Part shown: one piece after another, positions 23,496-33,445 of the stretch
Layout: each line of letters opens with the position of its first letter
Position numbering within the stretch: position 1 is the stretch's first letter
Source of the DNA: an uncultured Bifidobacterium sp.
GTDB taxonomy: Bacteria > Pseudomonadota > Gammaproteobacteria > Burkholderiales > Burkholderiaceae_D
Direction of reading: 5' to 3'
NCBI GenBank assembly: GCA_964639465.1
Contig: CAZXDB010000004.1
Location: 29,601 to 93,600, forward strand
Length of the DNA stretch: 64,000 nt
Program-made: the position numbers and the translations under genes
Notes under the pieces: model-generated
What the model was told of the DNA's origin: nothing
What the model saw: the letters and a program-made list of their open reading frames with translations, nothing else
The model's database searches: none

Positions 23496-24872
23496 TCAAC
23501 CCTTCAAGGTTTGTTCAAGCACATGCAGCTCGTGATTGCATTCTGGATTCTTGCTGCGATCGGCACCGATCTTGCGTACTGCATGCAAGACCGTGGTGTG
23601 ATCTCGGCCGCCAAACAGCTCACCGATTTCCGGCAAACTTTTTTGCGTCAGCTCTTTGGCGAGATACATGGCAATCTGACGTGGACGTGCGATGTTTGCC
23701 GGTCGCTTCTTTGAATACATGTCGGCGACTTTGATATTGAAAAAGTCAGCCACGGTCTTTTGAATATTTTCAACCGAAATCTGGCGGTTCTGCACTGACA
23801 GCAAATCTTTCAGCGCATCCTTGACGACATCAATCGTAATTTCCTTGCCGTGAAAACGTGAATACGCAAGAATTTTGCGCAGCGCACCTTCAAGCTCGCG
23901 TACATTCGAGCGCAAATGTTTGGCCACAAAAAAGGCAACGTCATCGGACAGGGCGCCGCCTTCCTGTGATGCTTTTTTCAGCAGAATCGCCACCCGCATT
24001 TCCAACTCGGGCGGTTCAACGGCGACGGTCAAACCCGAATCAAAACGCGAGATCAAGCGATCATCCATGCCACTGATTTCTTTCGGGTAGGTATCACTGG
24101 TGATGATGATCTGTTTTTTGGCCGCGATCAGCGCCTCGAACGCATAGAAAAACTCTTCCTGGGTCCGGCTTTTCCCGCCGAAGAACTGGATATCATCGAT
24201 CAGCAGCAAATCGAGCGAGTGGTAATAGCGCTTGAAATCGTCGAAACCCTTGCGCTGATAGGCCGTCACCACATCGCGCACATATTGCTCTGCATGGATG
24301 TAGCGGATCTTGGTCGACGGATTGTCGGCCAGGACCTGATTACCAATCGCATGAATCAGGTGGGTCTTGCCCAGACCCACACCACCGTACAGGAACAGCG
24401 GGTTGTATGAGCTACCGGGGTTGCTGGCGACTTGAATAGCGGCGGCACGCGCCAGCTGATTGGCCTTGCCAGTCACGAAACTGTCGAAGGTCAGCGCCGG
24501 ATTGATCTTGCTCTGGTCACGCCGCGCATTGCCCTCGCCGGTATGGCCGTCGGGAAGCGCTGCGGCCTCGGACTGCACCGCGGCAGCGGGCGACATGGGC
24601 GCTTGGGAAACAGGTTTTTTGGGCGCGTTGGTACGCGGGTCCAACACAAACTGCACATCGATGGGCCCCTGCCAGAACTCGGCTGCGATCGTCGTAATGC
24701 GGGCTGCGAACTGGGTTTTGACCCAATCGAGCTTGAAGCGGTTAGGCGCGGCAATGCGCAGGCGTCCCTCCTCGAAGTCCAGAGGTGCCAGCGGCTTGAT
24801 CCAGGCGCTGAACTGCTGAGGCGTTAATTCCTGCTGCAACTGCGTGGCGCAGGACTGCCAAAATTCTTCCAT
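23496..24872 (-). CDS. dnaA: chromosomal replication initiator DnaA
   Basis: 458 aa. The Walker A motif is [10 protein letters not shown]. The C-terminal DnaA-box binding helix reads [12 protein letters not shown]. Confidence 0.95.
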   Translation of the reverse strand: MEEFWQSCATQLQQELTPQQFSAWIKPLAPLDFEEGRLRIAAPNRFKLDWVKTQFAARITTIAAEFWQGPIDVQFVLDPRTNAPKKPVSQAPMSPAAAVQSEAAALPDGHTGEGNARRDQSKINPALTFDSFVTGKANQLARAAAIQVASNPGSSYNPLFLYGGVGLGKTHLIHAIGNQVLADNPSTKIRYIHAEQYVRDVVTAYQRKGFDDFKRYYHSLDLLLIDDIQFFGGKSRTQEEFFYAFEALIAAKKQIIITSDTYPKEISGMDDRLISRFDSGLTVAVEPPELEMRVAILLKKASQEGGALSDDVAFFVAKHLRSNVRELEGALRKILAYSRFHGKEITIDVVKDALKDLLSVQNRQISVENIQKTVADFFNIKVADMYSKKRPANIARPRQIAMYLAKELTQKSLPEIGELFGGRDHTTVLHAVRKIGADRSKNPECNHELHVLEQTLKG

Positions 24873-24987
24873 GCGATTGGTCTGGTTTGAAGCGGCGAAT
24901 GGGGGCGCACTTCGGGTTCATTGTTGGTTTGATGGCCCAGCACGAAGCTTGCCGCGGTGACCCGTATTTTACTCCCGGCAGGCAAAG

Positions 24988-24996
24988 TTATCCACA
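24988..24996 (+). promoter_or_regulatory. consensus DnaA box TTATCCACA
   Basis: A perfect 9-mer read directly, 116 nt upstream of the dnaA start. A degenerate box TGTGGATGC lies at 25207-25215. Confidence 0.7.
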
Positions 24997-25140
24997 GGCC
25001 TGGGGCGATTTTCCTGAGATCGACGTGGGATTCTTGAGGACAGTCGTTGTCAATTAATAAATGAACTGGTGCTGGCATAGCATTCGGCCCGCCAGCACCG
25101 TTCAGCGCTGATCAGCCGTGTGAAGGTGCCCTGTAAGTGA

Positions 25141-25170
25141 TTGACAGATATACAGAAAATGCTGTCTAAT
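25141..25170 (+). promoter_or_regulatory. candidate sigma70 promoter for rpmH
   Basis: TTGACA (25141-25146), an 18-nt spacer, then TCTAAT (25165-25170). Confidence 0.35.
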
Positions 25171-25286
25171 TCCGGGTTCTCCGCGTCGCGCGTTGACTTT
25201 GGTTGATGTGGATGCTGCCTTACCCCGTACTGGCCGGACAAACGCCGGATTTTTACCGATTTTTTGCTGATTAAGCGAGACCCATC

Positions 25287-25421
25287 ATGAAACGTACTTA
25301 CCAGCCTTCCGTTGTTCGCCGCAAGCGCACTCACGGTTTCCGCGCTCGCATGGCCACCCGCAGCGGTCGCGCGATTCTGAACGCCCGCCGTGCGAAAGGC
25401 CGCAAGCGTCTCGCCGTCTGA
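25287..25421 (+). CDS. rpmH: 50S ribosomal protein L34
   Basis: Too short for the ORF track. Hand translation gives [44 protein letters not shown] (44 aa). Confidence 0.95.
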   Translation: MKRTYQPSVVRRKRTHGFRARMATRSGRAILNARRAKGRKRLAV

Positions 25422-25449
25422 GGCCGGTTGCGCATACCGCCCTGCTAGC

Positions 25450-25833
25450 GTGTCCGGCAAACGCCCGGAAGACTACGCGAGGTTCAGGCGTATTGTAAAA
25501 ACGGATGAGTTCTCATCCGTTTTTCGTTTGAGACCCGTATTCCGGACGGCGCATTTTGTGCTGTATGCGCGTGCCAATGCACTGGGGCATGCCCGGCTGG
25601 GTGTGGTGGTAGCGAAGCGGCTTGCACCGCGTGCGGTGACCCGCAACATGATCAAACGACTGGCACGCGAGATGTTCCGAAAGACAGAACTCATCAACAG
25701 CGATTGCATCATCCGGCTCAGCGCTCCGATCGTACAACGGGACCAGAGCGCAACTTCGCGCAAACATAAAATCGTGCTGGCCGCCGAACTGGCGCAACTG
25801 ATGATGTCTCAACGTCTCCGATCAATCCCATGA
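25450..25833 (+). CDS. rnpA: ribonuclease P protein component
   Basis: The ORF runs 25390..25833. Its ATG overlaps rpmH, so I prefer the in-frame GTG at 25450, but the start is uncertain. The core reads [21 protein letters not shown]...[22 protein letters not shown]. Confidence 0.8.
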   Translation: MSGKRPEDYARFRRIVKTDEFSSVFRLRPVFRTAHFVLYARANALGHARLGVVVAKRLAPRAVTRNMIKRLAREMFRKTELINSDCIIRLSAPIVQRDQSATSRKHKIVLAAELAQLMMSQRLRSIP

Positions 25834-26081
25834 ATTTTCTGTTGCTGCTACTGCGAGGCTACAAGCTCTGCATCAGTCCTTTCCTGGGTCAGCATTGCCG
25901 CTTTTATCCCAGCTGTTCCGATTACGCTCAACAGGCCATCATCGACTATGGTGTGGCGCGTGGCAGCCTGCTTGCAGGCCGACGGCTGTGCAAATGTCAT
26001 CCCTGGCATGCCGGCGGCTTCGATCCCGTGCCACCCAAACAGACCCCCGGTGCCGATGCGCCGGCGTCGCACTCTCACTGA
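25830..26081 (+). CDS. yidD: membrane protein insertion efficiency factor YidD
   Basis: 83 aa. It carries [23 protein letters not shown]. There is an ATGA overlap with the rnpA stop. Confidence 0.9.
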   Translation: MNFLLLLLRGYKLCISPFLGQHCRFYPSCSDYAQQAIIDYGVARGSLLAGRRLCKCHPWHAGGFDPVPPKQTPGADAPASHSH

Positions 26082-26102
26082 ATTTTTTTCGTCAAAGCTC
26101 CT

Positions 26103-27764
26103 ATGGATATCAAACGTACCGTCCTGCTGGTTGTGTTTTCCCTCTCGCTGCTGATGTTGTGGGAGAACTGGAACGTTTACAACGGCGGGCCTTCCATGTT
26201 CGCGCCCGAACAAAACACCGCGACGAACATAACACCTGCAACGCCAGGTACGGCCAGCGAACAATCGGTACCGCAGGCATCGACCAACCCGGCGCCCAGT
26301 GCTGCGCCCAGCACGGATGTGCCCGGTGGCGCAAGCACAAGCGCACAAGGGGAGCGTGTCACCCTGAGCACGGATCTGCTGAGGGTGGATATCAATACAG
26401 CAGGCGGCGAAATCACCCGCGTCGAACTACTGAAGCATAAAGACGCCACCAACCCTGAAAAAAATGTGGTTCTGATGGAAACCGGCGCAGGACGTACTTA
26501 CATCGGCCAGAGCGGTTTGATCGGTGGCGATTTTCCAAATCACCGTTCGATGTACAGTGCACAGCCCGGTGCGCGCACGCTGGACAGCGGCGACACCATC
26601 GAGCTGGTACTCGATGCCGAGCAGAATGGTGTGAAGCTGACCAAAACTTATGTTTTCCACCGCGGCCAATACCAGATTGATCTGACCCACACAGTGGAGA
26701 ACTCCACAGCAGAGACCATTTCGCCCTCCGTCTATGTGCAGCTCGTGCGCGATGGCAGCAAGCTCGAAGGCGATTCAGCGCTCTACAGCACCTTCAACGG
26801 CCCGGCGATTTACACAGACATTGAAAAATTCCGCAAGGTCTCTTTTGAAGACATTGAAAAAGGCAAAAATCCACCGCCCGTGCGCTCCGACGATGGCTGG
26901 ATTGCGATGGTCCAGCATTACTTCGTTTCAGCATTCCTGCCCTCGGCCCAGGGCCAGCATGAACTGTTTACACGCAAAATCGATACCAATCTCTATGCCG
27001 TGGGTTCGATCATGAGCGCCGGCACAATTGCACCCGGCGGATCAGCGTCTGTGTCGGGCAAATTGTTTGCAGGCCCGCAGGAATCTGCTGCGCTTGAGCA
27101 GTTCGCAACCGACTTCGATCTGGTCAAAGACTACGGCTGGCTGACGATCATCGCCAAACCCATTTTCTGGCTGATGGAACAAATCCAGAAGATACTGAGT
27201 AACTGGGGTTGGACCATCATCGTGTTGACCATCATCATCAAACTCGCTTTCTTCCCGCTGTCGGCCGCAAGCTACCGCAGCATGGCAAAGATGAAGCTGG
27301 TGACACCCAAAATGACGGCGATACGCGAACGTCACAAAGGCGATCCGCAGAAAATGAATGCGGCGATGATGGAGCTTTATAAGACCGAGAAAATCAATCC
27401 GCTCGGCGGCTGCCTGCCAGTGATCGTTCAGATCCCGGTGTTCATTGCGCTGTACTGGGTGCTGCTGGCCAGCGTGGAAATGCGACATGCCCCTTGGCTG
27501 GGCTGGATTCAGGATCTGTCGGCACCCGACCCCTGGTACATCCTGCCGGTCGTGATGGCCGCATCGATGTTTGTACAAACCAAATTGAATCCCACGCCAC
27601 CTGATCCAATTCAGGCCAAGATCATGATGTTCATGCCGATCGCCTTTTCGGTCATGTTCTTCTTCTTCCCAGCGGGTCTGGTGCTGTACTGGGTAGTGAA
27701 CAACCTCTTGTCGATTGGCCAGCAGTGGGTGATTACCCGTCAATCGGAGCAGGGTAAAGCCTAG
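26103..27764 (+). CDS. yidC: membrane protein insertase YidC
   Basis: 553 aa. It has an N-terminal TM segment and a large periplasmic domain. The C-terminal region reads NPLGGCLPVIVQIPVFIALYWVL. Confidence 0.95.
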   Translation: MDIKRTVLLVVFSLSLLMLWENWNVYNGGPSMFAPEQNTATNITPATPGTASEQSVPQASTNPAPSAAPSTDVPGGASTSAQGERVTLSTDLLRVDINTAGGEITRVELLKHKDATNPEKNVVLMETGAGRTYIGQSGLIGGDFPNHRSMYSAQPGARTLDSGDTIELVLDAEQNGVKLTKTYVFHRGQYQIDLTHTVENSTAETISPSVYVQLVRDGSKLEGDSALYSTFNGPAIYTDIEKFRKVSFEDIEKGKNPPPVRSDDGWIAMVQHYFVSAFLPSAQGQHELFTRKIDTNLYAVGSIMSAGTIAPGGSASVSGKLFAGPQESAALEQFATDFDLVKDYGWLTIIAKPIFWLMEQIQKILSNWGWTIIVLTIIIKLAFFPLSAASYRSMAKMKLVTPKMTAIRERHKGDPQKMNAAMMELYKTEKINPLGGCLPVIVQIPVFIALYWVLLASVEMRHAPWLGWIQDLSAPDPWYILPVVMAASMFVQTKLNPTPPDPIQAKIMMFMPIAFSVMFFFFPAGLVLYWVVNNLLSIGQQWVITRQSEQGKA

Positions 27765-27780
27765 ACATTTTTTCAAACAA

Positions 27781-27817
27781 AAAAAGTCCGTCACTCTCGG
27801 GTCACGGACTTTTTTTA
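27781..27817 (+). terminator. rho-independent terminator after yidC
   Basis: The stem pairs aaaaagtccgt with acggacttttt and is followed by a T-run. Confidence 0.7.
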
Positions 27818-27836
27818 TTCCGGATACACTTTCGCC

Positions 27837-29225
27837 ATGCTCGCTGACACCTCACCCATTGCCGCTATTGCCACTGCACCCGGTCGCGGTGGTATCGGCG
27901 TGGTTCGCATTTCAGGCAAACAGCTGGGGCCGCTCGTGCATGCGGTCTGCCGCCTCGACAAAGGGCGCGAGCTCAGTCCGCGGCAGGCGACGTATCTGGA
28001 TTTCATCCAAGCCGATGGCAGCGTCATTGATCGCGGTCTCGCTATTTATTTCAATGCGCCGCACTCCTACACCGGCGAAGACGTGCTGGAGCTGCAGGGC
28101 CATGGCGGTCCGATCGTGATGCAGATGCTGCTCAATCGCTGCCTCGAAGCAGGCGCGGACATCAGTCTGCGCCTAGCGCACCCGGGTGAATTTACGCACC
28201 GCGCTTTTCTGAATGACAAACTCGATCTCGCGCAGGCCGAGGCGGTGGCCGACCTGATTGATGCTTCGACTGAGGCCGCCGCACGGCTGGCCAGTCAATC
28301 GCTGTCCGGCGCATTTTCAAAGCAGATTGATCAACTGGTCGGACAGGTCATTCAATTGCGCACGCTGGTTGAGGCGACGCTGGATTTTCCGGAAGAAGAA
28401 ATCGAATTTCTTGAAAAATCGAATGCCCTCGGCCAGCTGCAGCATCTGCGCGAGACGCTTGACGAGGTGTTGGCGCAAGCCGGACAGGGCGCTTTGCTGC
28501 GTGATGGCCTCAAGGTGGTGCTGGCTGGACAACCGAATGTCGGCAAAAGCTCATTGCTCAATGCACTTGCCGGTAATGATGTGGCCATCGTCACGCCGAT
28601 CGCTGGCACCACACGGGACAAGATCACCGAAACGATTCATGTCGAAGGCATACCGATCAACATCATCGACACCGCCGGCATACGCGATGAAGCCGATGCC
28701 GATGGTGAGGTCGAGCGGATTGGCATCTCGCGCACCTGGAGCGCCGTCGAACAAGCCGATGTGATCCTGCATATTCTGGATGCGAGCCGTGGCCCGACAC
28801 GCGCTGATGAGGAGATCGTGGCGCGACTGCCCGATCAGATTCCGCTGCTGCGTATCTGGAACAAGATCGATCTGTCAGGACACAAGCCCGGCCTTGATCA
28901 GCAAGACGAGGGCGCGCACATCTATCTGTCAGCCGCCGAGCGCCTGGGTATGGATTTGCTGCGCAAGGAATTGCTGCGTATCGCAGGCTGGCAGCAAACC
29001 GGCGAATCGCTCTACCTTGCCCGCGAGCGCCATCTGATTGCCTTGCGTGCAGCGCAAACACATTTACAGACGGCCGCCGAACTTGCCGCGCAACGCGACA
29101 GTGCGCTGGATCTGTTTGCCGAAGAGCTGCGCCTCACTCAAGAGAGACTGAACAGCATCACCGGGGCTTTTACGTCGGATGATTTACTAGGCGTGATTTT
29201 CAGCCGTTTTTGTATCGGGAAATAA
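27837..29225 (+). CDS. mnmE: tRNA uridine-5-carboxymethylaminomethyl(34) synthesis GTPase MnmE
   Basis: 462 aa. The G1 motif is [18 protein letters not shown] is present, and the protein ends in the C-terminal FCIGK. Confidence 0.95.
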   Translation: MLADTSPIAAIATAPGRGGIGVVRISGKQLGPLVHAVCRLDKGRELSPRQATYLDFIQADGSVIDRGLAIYFNAPHSYTGEDVLELQGHGGPIVMQMLLNRCLEAGADISLRLAHPGEFTHRAFLNDKLDLAQAEAVADLIDASTEAAARLASQSLSGAFSKQIDQLVGQVIQLRTLVEATLDFPEEEIEFLEKSNALGQLQHLRETLDEVLAQAGQGALLRDGLKVVLAGQPNVGKSSLLNALAGNDVAIVTPIAGTTRDKITETIHVEGIPINIIDTAGIRDEADADGEVERIGISRTWSAVEQADVILHILDASRGPTRADEEIVARLPDQIPLLRIWNKIDLSGHKPGLDQQDEGAHIYLSAAERLGMDLLRKELLRIAGWQQTGESLYLARERHLIALRAAQTHLQTAAELAAQRDSALDLFAEELRLTQERLNSITGAFTSDDLLGVIFSRFCIGK

Positions 29226-29321
29226 GCGCCACTGACGCAACGGCCAGAGTCGGCAGACCGCGCAGCAGAGCACACCCTAGCCCCCCTTTGGAGGGCGAGC
29301 GGACACCTGGCTGGCCTTTGC

Positions 29322-30566
29322 TCAGGGCTTGAGAGTGGATTTCACCCGCCTGAAATCGGATTTGCGTATCAGCGCGTGAATGCCCTTGGTGCGGTCCACG
29401 ACTTGCGACACATTGAAATCGGTGGCTGCAGACAAGTAGGCATAAGCGACTGCGCGATCCATACCCATCACCTCGGACAAAAAGCGGATCGCTTCTCTGA
29501 CCGCATCTTTCATCGCCTCATCCAGATCTGGATTCAAGCCAATCGCCACCCAATAACGCGGGGTTTCGCCTAACGGCTTTTCAAGTGAACCGCTGGCCGA
29601 TGGAATCCGCGGATCACCTTTCTTCAGGAGCGTAAGCCGAAAGCTCGCGCGCATTGAATGCTCAAGCGCCGTCAATGCGACCTCGCCATTGGCCTGCGCC
29701 ATATGCGGATCGCCTGTGTAGAAATTCGCGCCGGGGACAAAAACAGGTAAGTACACGGTCGTGCCCGCGCCCAAATCTTTGACATCAATATTGCCGCCAT
29801 ACGCCCCGGGCGGCACAGAGTGCACCGGCTGATCCGTCGCAGGCGCGACACCCATGACGCCCATAAAAGGCGCTGTCGGGAAGGTGATTGTTTCACCCCG
29901 ACTGTTTTTCATCACCGCTTCCCACTGCCCGGCACGATTGCGACGTATTGGCGTAAATACCGATACGTTATGAAATTTTTCCGGGGCATGAGCATCTGCG
30001 TCAGGTTCAGGCTTAGACCCCTCTGGAAATTCGCCGGGGAGAGCGCCCTTGCCATGACGGTTAGAAATCACGCCATACGGCACACGCGGCACCACGGACA
30101 AAATATCAACCTTCAGCACATCACCGGGTTCAGCACCCTCAATGGCCAACGGCCCGGTAATGATGTGCGGTCCGTCTTTGGCAAAATCATGCGGCAAATC
30201 GGATCGGGTAATCGCCAGCGCATCTTTCAGCACCAGATGCGCCGGCACGCCTTTGGAGGCGAAATACTTTAATGGATCCCGCCCCTGATCTTCGAGCATG
30301 CCCTCATGCGACAGCGTGTCGAATACAACCGTGGCACCCGACGGCACGGTGAGGACCGGCGTATCGTTTGCATTCGATAAATAGCCCCATTTGATCGTGG
30401 CCAGCGTTGAAGGTATGTAAAACACCTTGCCGCGATAACCCTTGATCGTGATCTGGCCCGGCTTGTCTGCCAGCGGTTGCAGGGGAAAAGGCGATTTTGT
30501 GCCGGCGAATACGGAGGAAATGGCGCTGGCCAGCAAAAGGCTAAGCGTCCAGTGTCGGTGTTTCAT
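29322..30566 (-). CDS. acetamidase/formamidase (FmdA/AmdA) family protein with an N-terminal signal peptide
   Basis: The ORF runs 29322..30662. The likely start is at 30566 (MKHRHWTLSLLLASAISSVFAGT). Family motifs seen are ITGPLAIEGAEPGDVLKVDI and GGNIDVKDLGAGTTVYLPVFVPGANFYTGDPHMAQANGEV. Confidence 0.8.
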   Translation of the reverse strand: MKHRHWTLSLLLASAISSVFAGTKSPFPLQPLADKPGQITIKGYRGKVFYIPSTLATIKWGYLSNANDTPVLTVPSGATVVFDTLSHEGMLEDQGRDPLKYFASKGVPAHLVLKDALAITRSDLPHDFAKDGPHIITGPLAIEGAEPGDVLKVDILSVVPRVPYGVISNRHGKGALPGEFPEGSKPEPDADAHAPEKFHNVSVFTPIRRNRAGQWEAVMKNSRGETITFPTAPFMGVMGVAPATDQPVHSVPPGAYGGNIDVKDLGAGTTVYLPVFVPGANFYTGDPHMAQANGEVALTALEHSMRASFRLTLLKKGDPRIPSASGSLEKPLGETPRYWVAIGLNPDLDEAMKDAVREAIRFLSEVMGMDRAVAYAYLSAATDFNVSQVVDRTKGIHALIRKSDFRRVKSTLKP

Positions 30567-30698
30567 GGCGTCCCGGAGTTTTTTACATGGATATTTATTT
30601 CCTTGAATTATGCATGAATTCATTGACGTCCGAACAGCGCAGACATCGCACAGGCCAGCCACAGGGCTGCGCCGATCGTGACGCCATAAAAAGCGCCG

Positions 30699-32291
30699 TT
30701 ACTTGACGCGCGGGACTTGTTCAAAGGTGTGAAAAGGCGCCGGGCTGGGTACCGTCCACTCCAGACCTTCTGCGCCTTCCCAGGCATGCGCGGGCGCTTT
30801 TGCGCCGCTGCGGATATTGGGCAGCACGACGGCAAAAAGAAAATACACTTGCGTCAGTCCGAACAGGAAGCCACCCACGGATATCAGCGCATTAAAGTCC
30901 GCAAACTGCGCCGGATAATCGGCATAACGACGCGGCATCCCGGCCAGCCCGAGGAAGTGCATGGGAAAGAAAGTCACATTCAGCCAGATCAGCGAATTCC
31001 AGAAATGGAATTTACCGCGCCATTCGTTGATCATGTGGCCCGTCCACTTCGGCGACCAGTAGTAATACCCGGCAAACAGCGCAAACAGTGAACCGGCGAC
31101 CAGCACATAGTGAAAATGCCCGACCACATAATAAGTATCGTGTACCTGAATATCAATCGGTGTCACCGCAAGAATCAATCCGGTAAAGCCGCCTATCGTG
31201 AACACAAAAATGAATCCAATCGCAAACAGCATCGGCGTCTCGAATGAGAGCGAACCCTTGTACATGGTCGCGACCCAGTTGAACACCTTCACACCTGTGG
31301 GTACCGCCACCAGCATGGTCGCGTACATGTAAAACAATTGTCCTGTCACCGGCATGCCGGTGGTGAACATATGGTGAGCCCAAACGATGAATGACAAGAT
31401 AGCGATCGCGGCTGTTGCATAGACCATCGATGCATAGCCAAACAAGGGCTTGCGCGAAAACGCAGGCACCACGTGCGAAATAATGCCAAAGCCCGGCAGG
31501 ATCATGATGTAGACCTCGGGATGACCAAAAAACCAGAATAAATGCTGAAACAACACCGGGTCGCCGCCCCCTGCGGCATTAAAGAAGGTCGTGCCAAAAT
31601 GTCGGTCGGTGAACATCATCGTCACGGTGCCGGCCAGGACTGGCATCACCGCCACCAGCAAAAAACCTGTGATCAGCCAGTTCCAGCAAAACAGCGGCAT
31701 TTTCATCAGGCCCATGCCGGGCGCGCGCATATTAAGAACGGCGGTGATGATATTGATCGCACCCAGAATCGACGACACGCCCATCAGATGAATGGCGAGT
31801 ATGGTCATATCCATTCCGATGCCCATCTGAGTCGACAGCGGCGGATACAGCGTCCAGCCGGCTGCGGTCGCACCCCCTTCCACCAATCACGAAGCCATCA
31901 GCAAAATGGCTGCCGGAGGCAAGAGCCAGAATGAAAAATTATTCATTCGCGCAAACGCCATATCGGAAGCCCCCACCATCAACGGGATCATCCAGTTCGC
32001 AAAACCAACAAAGGCCGGCATGATCGCGCCAAACACCATGATCAATCCATGCAGGCTGACCAGCTGGTTGTACAACTCGGGTTGCAAGACTTGCAGTCCG
32101 GGCTGAAACAATTCCACACGTAGCAGCAAGGCCATTATCCCGCCGGTCAGCAGCATGATGAACGCGAACCACAAATACAAGGTACCAATATCCTTGTGAT
32201 TGGTCGCATACAACCAACGCCGCCAGCCATAAGGCATCGCATGCTCATGAGAATGTTCGGCCGTGCCGGCAACCACAGGCGTCGTGCGCAT
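30699..32291 (-). pseudogene. heme-copper oxidase subunit I (CtaD/CoxA-like), interrupted by an in-frame TGA at 31887-31889
   Basis: Two track ORFs (31887..32339 and 30699..31886) are the same frame split by one TGA: ...[30 protein letters not shown]. Conserved motifs are intact: [25 protein letters not shown] and [14 protein letters not shown]. The probable start is the ATG at 32291. Confidence 0.8.
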
Positions 32292-32618
32292 GAAAAATTC
32301 CTGTTCTGCGAAAGCTGCAATAAAAGCGTCCCCAGGCAAGCGTGATGCGAAGACTCGACCGGAAATTCACCACCGCAACGCCCAGACACTTTGACCACGA
32401 CAACTTGCTACAAATTCTCCAGTCATCATCGGTGATGGTTTGATTGGCCATCATCGCTGCCAAAAAAATCCGGACTTTGTTCTGACGCGCATCGACGCGC
32501 GAAAGTGCTTGCGCTGCTGCCTGCATACAGCGCCCGCGTGGATGTTTGGCGAATGACTGGCCGGCGATCTCGTGTCCGTCAACGAATGCGGCAGGATTGA
32601 TCAACCCGAAAGAAGTGC

Positions 32619-32924
32619 ATGATGAAGCGACGTTATTTCACTGGTCGGTGCTTACTGAGTTGTCTGCCACTGTTGCCGGCAGGGCGGTCAGTGGCAGGAG
32701 GCGATGACAGGAAAGGATGGACCATACCTTATGTGCCCACCGACCCTGACGTGGTGAAAAAAATGCTCGGCATAGCCGCCGGAGCAGAAGATCGAGATGG
32801 ATGGCGCAACCATTTACCGCTGGACGATCACGCAGGCGCAAAAACAGAACGTAAATCAATAAATCCGATAGCTGACAGCGCATCAGTCAATCGCAGGTTT
32901 GCAAACCCGCGAAGATCGATGTGA
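32619..32924 (+). pseudogene. remnant of a secreted class I SAM-dependent methyltransferase (internal deletion and frameshift)
   Basis: A signal-like N-terminus is followed by IPYVPTDPDVVKKMLGIA, which resembles the N-terminus of a methyltransferase family. The SAM-binding GxGxG core is missing. A shifted frame gives DGATIYRWTI, which resembles the family C-terminus. Family recall is from memory. Confidence 0.35.
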
Positions 32925-32948
32925 ACCTGCACGCCGGCGCAGGTTCAC
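32921..32948. terminator. 10-bp hairpin between convergent genes (no U-tract)
   Basis: The stem pairs gtgaacctgc with gcaggttcac around an 8-nt loop. Confidence 0.35.
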
Positions 32949-32956
32949 GAAGCAAA

Positions 32957-33301
32957 TCAGTGACTAATCATCCACGGACGTTTCGACGGAAAAGCTTTAT
33001 TGCCATTCGGCGCCGTGAAAGTGGACGAACGCTTGCCCGAAGAGGAACAGCAGCCGCAACCAGCGGGATGCCGATGGCTGACATAGTTCTTCGAACTTTT
33101 CGGTTCATGTCGGGCACGCTCGTTGGTCTCGAGGGACAGTCGCGTCACGCCATCCACATAAGCCAGACCTGCAGCCGAGACGATGACGCGCTGGGATGTC
33201 GCACCACAGTCGGGACAAGGGGCCGGATCATTGCGTTCATCCATCCTGCGGATGGTGTCGAATTCTCCGCAGGATGGACAGTCATAGTCATAAGTCGGCA
33301 T
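32957..33301 (-). CDS. fmdB: FmdB-family zinc-ribbon putative regulatory protein
   Basis: 114 aa. MPTYDYDCPSCGEFDTIRRMDERNDPAPCPDCG carries the paired CxxC motifs typical of FmdB. Its ATG lies 19 nt after the stop of the fmdA stump and follows GGAGAAG. Confidence 0.8.
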   Translation of the reverse strand: MPTYDYDCPSCGEFDTIRRMDERNDPAPCPDCGATSQRVIVSAAGLAYVDGVTRLSLETNERARHEPKSSKNYVSHRHPAGCGCCSSSGKRSSTFTAPNGNKAFPSKRPWMISH

Positions 33302-33319
33302 AACGCTTCTCCGTCATGT

Positions 33320-33442
33320 TTACAGGTCCGGTGACAGCGGCATCTGTATTGAGCCATCCAGATGTTTGATCGGGCCTGAGGCATTCGGATTGATATCGAA
33401 ATCAAATATCTCGGTCGGCAGCCACAGCGTCGCGCACGCGTT
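33320..33442 (-). pseudogene. 3'-terminal stump of a formamidase gene (fmdA-like), 5' part missing
   Basis: Hand translation of the minus strand gives NACATLWLPTEIFDFDINPNASGPIKHLDGSIQMPLSPDL*. This resembles the formamidase C-terminus. The similarity ends at about 33445, where IS-like sequence begins. Confidence 0.6.
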
Positions 33443-33445
33443 AGT

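Noticed and set aside
25390-25449. ATG at 25390 as the rnpA start
   Set aside because: It would overlap the last 32 nt of rpmH and add an atypical N-terminal extension. The in-frame GTG at 25450 gives a typical length of about 127 aa. This remains uncertain.
31860-31900. Selenocysteine or programmed recoding at the coxI TGA
   Set aside because: No SECIS-like stem-loop with an appropriate apical loop follows the TGA. Only a loop-less palindrome, CAGCCGGCTG, is present. CoxI has no known Sec position. A nonsense mutation or sequencing error is more parsimonious.
32292-32620. Possible remnant of cytochrome oxidase subunit II or a cytochrome c domain upstream of coxI (ORFs 32245..32604 and 32147..32398)
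   Set aside because: There are faint resemblances: GRCGGEF versus the CuA region, and MMANQTITDDDW...SW versus the end of a cytochrome c domain. The Cys/His/Met CuA ligands and the CxxCH motif are absent, and the space is far too short. I cannot support this without an alignment.
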